Notes under the pieces: generated by a model | Told to the model about the DNA's origin: nothing | What the model saw: the letters and a program-made list of their open reading frames with translations, nothing else | The model's database searches: none | In this document: piece by piece, positions 57,482 to 64,000 of the stretch | How the letters are laid out: the number at the start of each line of letters is the position of its first letter | Numbering within the stretch: the stretch's first letter is position 1 | Made by a program: the position numbers and the translations under genes | Assembly: GCA_964610465.1 (NCBI GenBank) | Contig: CAZSWA010000006.1 | Location: 4,332 to 68,331, forward strand | Origin: an uncultured Gammaproteobacteria bacterium | Lineage (GTDB): Bacteria > Patescibacteriota > Microgenomatia > Levybacterales > UBA12049 | Direction of reading: 5' to 3' | Length of the DNA: 64,000 nucleotides

Positions 57482-59761
57482 ATGAAATTCTCAATACGTA
57501 CAAAGTTACTTATCGGTTTTGCATTGCTTCTTACGTTATCCTCGTTAATCCAGACATTTTCCTTTAGTATCACACGGGATTATATTTATTCACAAATCAG
57601 TAACTCACAATTAAACGAGGCAAATAAAGGTGCTAATACAATACAGGCATTTTTTAAGAATTTAAGTTCTATTAACTTCGGCCTTGCACATACATATAAA
57701 GAGAATATTTCTACCCCAAGCGCCTCAAGTAGCTCAAATTTTGTCTATATTAATGAATATACTATAAAGAATAATGATCACATCAAGAAAATTTCCTATC
57801 TTACTCCTGCAGGACGTGAACTATATAAATTTGATGAGCATGGGCAGATGTCACAAGATCAGCTTAACTATGAATTATTTACTGAAGAATTTAAGTCAGC
57901 AGCTTCAGGCAAAACAACTATTTCAAAAGTATATTATCTCGATAAGGAATTAGGTCCTCATATAGATATATTTACTCCCATTTTTCTCAATAATACTGTT
58001 TCGGCTGTTATTAAAATGCAGATTAGCCTGGAAAATTTAAGGCTTACTCTTGCCGATATAAAAGTCGGAGACAACGGGTATGTATATGTAGTAGACGAAA
58101 AAGGGAGACTTATTGCGCATCCATCACAACAATTCCTGTCGCAAAGACCTAATCTATCTAAAAGAAAAGTTATCACAGCAGCTTTGCAAGGCAAAGAATT
58201 ACCAAGGGCGGCTGAGGTTTATAAAGATGAAAAAAATACTATCGTAGCTGCAAAAGCAGTAAAAATTTCGGGAATAAACTGGGTAGTTGTTTTTGAACAA
58301 CCTATATCTGAAGTATATGGTTTTCTGGATTTTACCAGAAACCTATTTATTTTTACTCTCATATCTTCAAGTTTACTACTCCTCTTGATTGCTCTTTTTA
58401 TTAGTGAAAATTTAACTCGATCGATAAGAACACTAGAAAAAGCTACTACATTACTTGAAAAAGGAATGCTTGATAAACCAATTAATATCAAGACAGGGGA
58501 CGAGATTGAATCATTAGCCGAATCATTTAATTTAATGACATATAACTTGCTGCAATGGGAAAATTCTCTAAAAAAAGAAAAGCGGGAAATGGAAATCCTG
58601 CTTCAATCATTAACAGATGGAGTAATAGCACTTGACCAGAATTTTACTATACTTCTTTTTAATAACGCGGCCGAAAAAATAACAGGCTTAGCTGCAAAAG
58701 CAGTTATATCACGAAAAATAGATGAGGTGTTGTATTTATATATGAACGACAAAAGGATACAACTCTCTACGTCAGATATCACTTCTCAAGAATTTGAGAA
58801 AAAATTACTTGAAAAAGGGTTAAATTTTATGAATCTAAACGGGAAAAAAATATCTATCTCTGTTACCATCTCTCCTCTTTTGTTTGATGATAAAACACAT
58901 TCTGGATGGATAATGACTTTTCGTGATACCACAAAAGATGCAGAACTTGAAGAAATGAAAATAGACTTCGTCTCAATGGCTGCACATGAATTGCGTACAC
59001 CTCTTACTGCTATCAGAGGATACGCCTCTCTTTTGCTGGAGGTAAGCACGAAACTCACTGATGAAGAGAGAGATTATGTAAAACGATTAATTATTAACAG
59101 TGAAAACTTAGCCAGTCTTATTGATAATTTACTCAATGTTTCAAAGATTGAACGAAATCAATTCAATATTGTAAAAGCTCCACTGGATTTAGCAGAAATT
59201 ATAAAAAGTATAGTCGAAGGATTAAAAGAACTAGCCAAAACAAAAAGCCAAACACTTGAGCTCAATATTCCTAATGATAAACTTCCTATAGTCATGGCTG
59301 ATAAATTCCGTATTAGTCAGGTAATAGCAAATCTTGTTTCTAATGCACTTAATTATACTCCTGAGAAGGGTAAGATAATAGTAACCGTTGATATACGAGG
59401 AGATTATTTACAAGTGGCAGTAGCTGATAACGGACGCGGAATTCCAAAAGATGCGATTCCAAAATTGTTTACCAAATTCTTCCGTGTAGCAGGGAAATTA
59501 GAACAAGGAAGTAAAGGCACAGGGCTTGGGCTCTTTATCTCACGCTCAATAATTGATATGCATAGAGGAAAAATTTGGGTAGAAAGTGAAGAAGGGAAAG
59601 GCACAACATTTACCTTTGTTTTACCTCTTGCAAAACCCGAAGAAATAGCAGAATATCAAGAACAAAAAGGGAAAACTACCTTGACTGGTCAGCACACACC
59701 AGGTATTATTAATAGAGATTTAAATACAATAACAACAAAAGAGGTTGATAAAACAATATAA
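57482..59761 (+). CDS. Sensor kinase: Cache, HAMP, PAS, HisKA, HATPase
   Basis: YVVDEKGRLIAHP, DEIESLAESFN, AHELRTP and GTGLGL motifs. Confidence 0.93.
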   Translation: MKFSIRTKLLIGFALLLTLSSLIQTFSFSITRDYIYSQISNSQLNEANKGANTIQAFFKNLSSINFGLAHTYKENISTPSASSSSNFVYINEYTIKNNDHIKKISYLTPAGRELYKFDEHGQMSQDQLNYELFTEEFKSAASGKTTISKVYYLDKELGPHIDIFTPIFLNNTVSAVIKMQISLENLRLTLADIKVGDNGYVYVVDEKGRLIAHPSQQFLSQRPNLSKRKVITAALQGKELPRAAEVYKDEKNTIVAAKAVKISGINWVVVFEQPISEVYGFLDFTRNLFIFTLISSSLLLLLIALFISENLTRSIRTLEKATTLLEKGMLDKPINIKTGDEIESLAESFNLMTYNLLQWENSLKKEKREMEILLQSLTDGVIALDQNFTILLFNNAAEKITGLAAKAVISRKIDEVLYLYMNDKRIQLSTSDITSQEFEKKLLEKGLNFMNLNGKKISISVTISPLLFDDKTHSGWIMTFRDTTKDAELEEMKIDFVSMAAHELRTPLTAIRGYASLLLEVSTKLTDEERDYVKRLIINSENLASLIDNLLNVSKIERNQFNIVKAPLDLAEIIKSIVEGLKELAKTKSQTLELNIPNDKLPIVMADKFRISQVIANLVSNALNYTPEKGKIIVTVDIRGDYLQVAVADNGRGIPKDAIPKLFTKFFRVAGKLEQGSKGTGLGLFISRSIIDMHRGKIWVESEEGKGTTFTFVLPLAKPEEIAEYQEQKGKTTLTGQHTPGIINRDLNTITTKEVDKTI

Positions 59762-59762
59762 G

Positions 59763-60161
59763 ATGAAAAAAATTTTATTAGCAGAAGATGATTTTTTTAT
59801 TAGAGATATCTATAAAAGAATTTTTGTAAATGGTGGCTATGAGGTTGATGTTGCTGAAGATGGCGAAATTACATTGAATAAGCTGAAAGCCCAGCCTTAT
59901 GATCTAGTATTGCTTGATATCATGATGCCAAAAGTCACGGGGATTGATGTACTAAAAACATGTAAAGCATTTGATTCTCCAATAAAGAATATCCCTATTT
60001 TCCTCATTACTAACTTGGGTCAAGAAAGTATTATAAAAGAGGCATTTAGACTAGGCGCAAATGGATATTTCTTAAAGGCTCAACTGACTCCACAACAAAT
60101 TCTTGCAGAAATAAATGCTTTTTTTGAGAATAAAGAAAATCCTAATGCACCTATTACATAG
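59763..60161 (+). CDS. Single-domain response regulator
   Basis: AEDD and LLDIMMP motifs. Confidence 0.92.
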   Translation: MKKILLAEDDFFIRDIYKRIFVNGGYEVDVAEDGEITLNKLKAQPYDLVLLDIMMPKVTGIDVLKTCKAFDSPIKNIPIFLITNLGQESIIKEAFRLGANGYFLKAQLTPQQILAEINAFFENKENPNAPIT

Positions 60162-60401
60162 AATCATTTACCACCTATTAAACCATAGAAAATCATTGAA
60201 AGATTATGCAGCAAGCATTCTCGATATCTGTACGCCTTTTTTTCGGTAGCAAATTCCAAGAAATTCAAGCTGAAGAGTCACTTCTCATAAAAACTATTGT
60301 GCGACATAACCTACAGGAACGAAATTTATTCTCCACTAAGTTTGACCGGTACCCCATATACTAAGACAATATTCTGAGATAATTTGAGAGAATAAAGATA
60401 T

Positions 60402-60566
60402 ATGGGGTTTGTAAAAGTAACACCAAAAGAGATAAGAGATGAAATTCTTGCGAAAGTAAAAGCGGGAGAAAGAGTCGCGGCTCTTGTAAAGCAGTATGGA
60501 CTATCTGATAGAATAATTTATGGATGGCTGCATAAAACCACAGGAGAAGGAACTGTTTCCATATGA
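60402..60566 (+). pseudogene. IS3 orfA HTH fragment
   Basis: EIRDEILAKVKAGERVAALVKQYGLSDRIIYGW. Confidence 0.75.
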
Positions 60567-61056
60567 TTTATGGGTTTCAGACGTAAGTTTTCTAAAATTT
60601 CAAGGAAGATTCTGGTATTTAGTAACCATTGAAGAGATTGTAAACAGAAGGATTATTGGAGCGCATGTTGGCAAAAAACATGATAGGTATTTAGTATTAA
60701 CCGCTGTAAAAGAAGTCCTCATTCAAACAAAAGAAGCTCCTTCAATTTTTCATTCTGATCAAGGCACAGAATTTATGGCAGAGGAGGTAACTTCCTTTTT
60801 GAAAAACTTAGGAACTCAAATTTCAGCCTCTGACAAAGCAAGTTCCTGGCAAAACGGCTATCAAGAAAGTTTCTTTGGACGCTTTAAAGATGAAATTGGA
60901 GATATAAATCGCTTTGACACTATTGGAGAATTAATTGAAGAAATTTATCTGCATATCCACTATTACAATACTCAAAGAATTTATACCGCATTAGAAATGC
61001 CACCCGCCGTTTACGCAAATGCTCTCAGAGCATTGTCGGAAAAAATGGGTACTTGA
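60520..61056 (+). pseudogene. IS3 orfB DDE core lacking its N-terminal region
   Basis: WVSD, HSDQG, NGYQESFF and YYNTQR motifs. Confidence 0.85.
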
Positions 61057-61064
61057 CACACGGG

Positions 61065-61415
61065 CGACGAGGACAGTTATTCCCTTCCATGCGCCAGCCA
61101 GGTACGGGGATGTTTCGGAAAGCGGACATGCTGAGAGAGGCGCCAAAAGGTGACGACGTACGGCTCTATGTTGAGTTGTTGCGCCGTGCGCATCGTCGCG
61201 AGACGGGAGGATCGCTTCCTCATCCAGCCAAGTGTCTATGCGTCGCTGTGCCTGCTCGAGGCTGGCGTTCCACACCTTTGGATATACGAGCAGATGTCCC
61301 ACCCCAATCGCGGAAATCGCCGAAGTGGCCGATGTCCTGAATGGCTACATCGTGAAGAGCCCATGCGCTCAGGCCGACGGCGATGCTGAAGATCTTCTTG
61401 GGCTCAGGGAGCGGG
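61065..61415. other. GC-rich (about 60%) foreign-looking segment
   Basis: Abrupt composition shift; flanked by CGGG direct repeats. Confidence 0.75.
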
Positions 61416-61475
61416 CGGGAATGACAATGGGGGATGACAGGAATCTTGTTCTGGAAGAGATTTTTACTTATTATC

Positions 61476-62816
61476 TTACCTAACAATTATCGCATTTCTC
61501 TGCGGCCCTGTAGAAATATATGTAACCTTTAAATTTGTTTGTTTTTCTACCTCTTCAATATATTTTTTTGCAAGAGGAGGTAAATCAGCATATTTTTTTA
61601 TCCCTTTTAGTGATTGCTGCCAGCCTTTGAGTGTTTTATATACGGGTTGTATTTCTGCAAGGAGTAGTTCATTGACTTCATAATATGATACTTTCTTGCC
61701 TTTATAGAGGTAGCCTGTACAAATTTTAATTTCTTTAAAAGTATCAAGTACATCAATTTTGGTAATGGCAATTCCTGTAAATCCACATATTTGTCCGGCA
61801 AATCTCACAAGCTCTGCATCAAACCAGCCGCATCTTCGTGGTCTTCCGGTAGTAGTTCCATACTCTGCTCCAATTTTACGAAGGCTTTCTCCTGTATCAT
61901 CAAATAATTCAGTCGGGAAAGGTCCTGCACCAACCCGTGTCGTATAGGCTTTCACGACACCTATCACATCATCAATGTATTTGGGAGGAATACCGGCTCC
62001 TGCATTGAGTCCGCCTGGTACTACATTTGATGCAGTGACATAGGGATACGTGCCCCAATCATTGTCCAGAAATAATGCATGTGCGCCTTCAATCAGAATA
62101 GATTTATTTTGAGAAAGCGCTTTTTGAATAAAGGGATATGGTTCTTTGATGTAGGGAAGTAGTTTTTTGCGGAAGCCAAAAAATATATCTTCAATTTCTT
62201 TTTGGTTGAATTGTTGCTCAGCAAAGGTGGCAATAATTTTATTTTTGACTGATGAATGTTTGCGAAAAGGAAATAAATTTTCTTTGTTACTTAGTGCACT
62301 TATAATCTTATTTTTTATCGCGAGTTGCGTTGAAAGCTTTTCTGAGAAGTGCTTTTTATCCAGAAGATCAAAAAGTCGTATGCCGTTATAACTTACCTTA
62401 TCAGCATAGGTTGGTCCAATTCCGCGGCCGGTTGTTCCTGTTTTGGCTTTGCCTTTGGCTTCCTCATAGAGTTTGTCCAGTATTTTGTGGTAGGGCATAA
62501 TGATATGACAGCGTGGAGAAATAAAAAGTCTGTCTTTAAGGTCAATTCCAGCTTTTGTAAGTATCTCTATCTCTGAGATAAGTACTTCAAGATCCAAAAT
62601 AACGCCATTGCAAATATATGCTTTTATTTTGGGAGCAAATATACCTGATGGAATAAGATGCATGGGGAATTTGCCATACTCATTGACAACTGTATGTCCT
62701 GCGTTGTTGCCTCCATGAAATCTGAGAGTCACATCTGAAGATGTTGAGATGAAATCAATTATTTTCCCTTTGCCTTCGTCTCCCCATTGAGAGCCAATAA
62801 CAAGTGTGACTGCCAT
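61476..62816 (-). CDS. purA: Adenylosuccinate synthetase
   Basis: QWGDEGKG, NAGHT, GTYPYVT and GTTTGRPRRCGW motifs. Confidence 0.98.
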   Translation of the reverse strand: MAVTLVIGSQWGDEGKGKIIDFISTSSDVTLRFHGGNNAGHTVVNEYGKFPMHLIPSGIFAPKIKAYICNGVILDLEVLISEIEILTKAGIDLKDRLFISPRCHIIMPYHKILDKLYEEAKGKAKTGTTGRGIGPTYADKVSYNGIRLFDLLDKKHFSEKLSTQLAIKNKIISALSNKENLFPFRKHSSVKNKIIATFAEQQFNQKEIEDIFFGFRKKLLPYIKEPYPFIQKALSQNKSILIEGAHALFLDNDWGTYPYVTASNVVPGGLNAGAGIPPKYIDDVIGVVKAYTTRVGAGPFPTELFDDTGESLRKIGAEYGTTTGRPRRCGWFDAELVRFAGQICGFTGIAITKIDVLDTFKEIKICTGYLYKGKKVSYYEVNELLLAEIQPVYKTLKGWQQSLKGIKKYADLPPLAKKYIEEVEKQTNLKVTYISTGPQRNAIIVR

Positions 62817-62900
62817 TTTACAGCTTAAGTTTAGACTAGCTTATTGATAAAAGCAATAAGTATTTAATAACTACAAATAGGAATTAAAAATATATAACTG

Positions 62901-63240
62901 TTATTCTCTAACAGGTTTTGATTCTCTAACAGGCTTTGTGGAAAAGTAAACCATTTGTTCTTGACTATTTCCTGCAATTTCTGCTTTTGATAAATCTCTC
63001 ACAATATTAGTTCTGTTCTCACGTGTTACCTCTGATGCAAATACCCCTCTGATTACTCTCCCTGATAATTCTTGTCTATCTCTTCCATGAAACTTATTGT
63101 GCAGTTCACTTACATCAAGTATTTGGGAACTAAATCTTACTTTTCCATAATTTTTCAAAATATCCTTTGCTTCCTCAATCTTATCCTGAGGGCAAACAAA
63201 TTCAAAACGATTCTATTTTAGCTGTTCATTCGAGATATCA
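62901..63240 (-). pseudogene. Probable degraded hypothetical gene
   Basis: Frame of the 85-aa ORF extends upstream (NRFEFVCPQDKIEEAKDIL) to in-frame stops with no good start. Confidence 0.3.
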
Positions 63241-63273
63241 TTATTTATAAATTTTTTCAGTTCTAATTATAAC

Positions 63274-63666
63274 TTACTCTTCGAAAATGAAGGTATAGCT
63301 TATTTCTCTTCTTCTTGGGCCATCGAGTTCTACAAGTACTATTCTTTGCCAGGTGCCAAGGACGAGTTTTCCATCTTGTACAGGAATAGTAAGTGATGCG
63401 CCGATAAGAGATGAAAGAATATGATAGGTTACATGGGACGGGTTGTGCGGATGACGATAATGAAGCTTTGGCATCATTGCCTCAAACGCATCAAGCATAT
63501 CGAGGTCTGTTCCCGGATCTAAATCAGCAGTAGTCAGAGCAGCTGTAGTATGTTTTACAAAGAGTATACAGATACCATTTTCTTGATTTTCGATTTCGTT
63601 TTCAATCGTATGAGTAATATCAAGGATTTGTTTCTTCTTCTGGGTTGAGATTGTTACTGTTTTCAT
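63274..63666 (-). CDS. yjbQ: YjbQ/UPF0047 family protein
   Basis: HTTAAL, LVLGTWQ and ELDGPR motifs. Confidence 0.92.
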   Translation of the reverse strand: MKTVTISTQKKKQILDITHTIENEIENQENGICILFVKHTTAALTTADLDPGTDLDMLDAFEAMMPKLHYRHPHNPSHVTYHILSSLIGASLTIPVQDGKLVLGTWQRIVLVELDGPRRREISYTFIFEE

Positions 63667-63893
63667 TTAGATAATTATATCAAAGAATTTTTATGCAATT
63701 CTTACAGTATTTTTATTGTATTTACAATAATCAATTGTACGATGGTTTAGATATTACTCAGTATTTACTATGAAGTTATTTTTATTGAGAGAATTTTACT
63801 ATTTTAGATTAGTAGTCAATCAAGGAAAGGGGGCTGGACTTTGCGAAGTCCAGCATCCCTTCCAATCTCTTGATTGGAAGGGAGGTGACATGG

Positions 63894-64000
63894 ATGATTA
63901 GAACAGCAGTAGTTGCAGGAATTGTATTTGCTCTGTCATTATTTGCAGCCGGAGCAGTTGCATTTGGACAAACGTCAACATCAACACCATCTCCAAGTCC
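63894..64000 (+). CDS. Secreted protein, N-terminus only (runs off window)
   Basis: GGAGGTGA ribosome-binding site; signal peptide MIRTAVVAGIVFALSLFAAGAVAFG followed by a Ser/Thr/Pro-rich stretch. Confidence 0.7.
   Translation, partial: MIRTAVVAGIVFALSLFAAGAVAFGQTSTSTPSPS

Larger units (their letters stand above)
60343..61058 (+). mobile_element. Internally deleted IS3-family element (716 bp)
   Basis: TG...CA ends with imperfect TIRs (TGACCGGTACCCCAT vs reverse complement TGTCAAGTACCCAT); orfA HTH and rve core inside. Confidence 0.8.

Noticed and set aside
61053-61486. Several overlapping ORFs in the GC-rich insert
   Set aside because: Expected by chance at high GC; no motif, RBS or consistent frame.
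204-62576. Many short antisense or nested ORFs in the six-frame track
   Set aside because: They lie within well-supported genes and lack motifs.
62903-62938. 18-bp tandem repeat (KPVRES twice)
   Set aside because: Only two copies; a simple slippage duplication.
1-64000. CRISPR array, cas genes, rRNA, prophage, reverse transcriptase
   Set aside because: No regularly spaced repeat-spacer array or diagnostic protein motifs seen by eye.

Overview
AT-rich bacterial chromosome segment using standard code 11. Gene content, pervasive short-leader promoters and in-frame palindromic/heptamer inserts suggest a Patescibacteria (CPR, Microgenomates-like) genome; this is an inference. 1-20 kb is mostly housekeeping (secD/secF, HtrA, CCA-adding enzyme, recJ, aspS, gltX, dgkA, M16 peptidase). 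20-40 kb is accessory (HicB-like gene, IS110 remnant, NUDIX/EEP/HD/GNAT/SDR enzymes, two ABC systems, a two-component pair, tRNA-Gln). 40.7-60.2 kb is a dense stress/signalling/glycan block: KGG, YmgE and YtxH-like proteins, Crp/Fnr, two histidine kinases, two identical OmpR-type regulators flanking glycogen-debranching-like and GH65 enzymes, a pilin-glycosidase fusion, GH18, DD-carboxypeptidase and a class A PBP. It is followed by a deleted IS3, a GC-rich insert, purA and yjbQ. Strongest candidates for novelty: (1) a complete leader-peptide transcription attenuator controlling two uncharacterised paralogues, (2) a type IV pilin fused to a glycosidase-like barrel, (3) the duplicated regulator with a candidate direct-repeat regulon, (4) an orphan IS110 bridge-RNA-like end, and several unannotated structured leaders and small ORFs. 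All calls were made by eye, without database searches.
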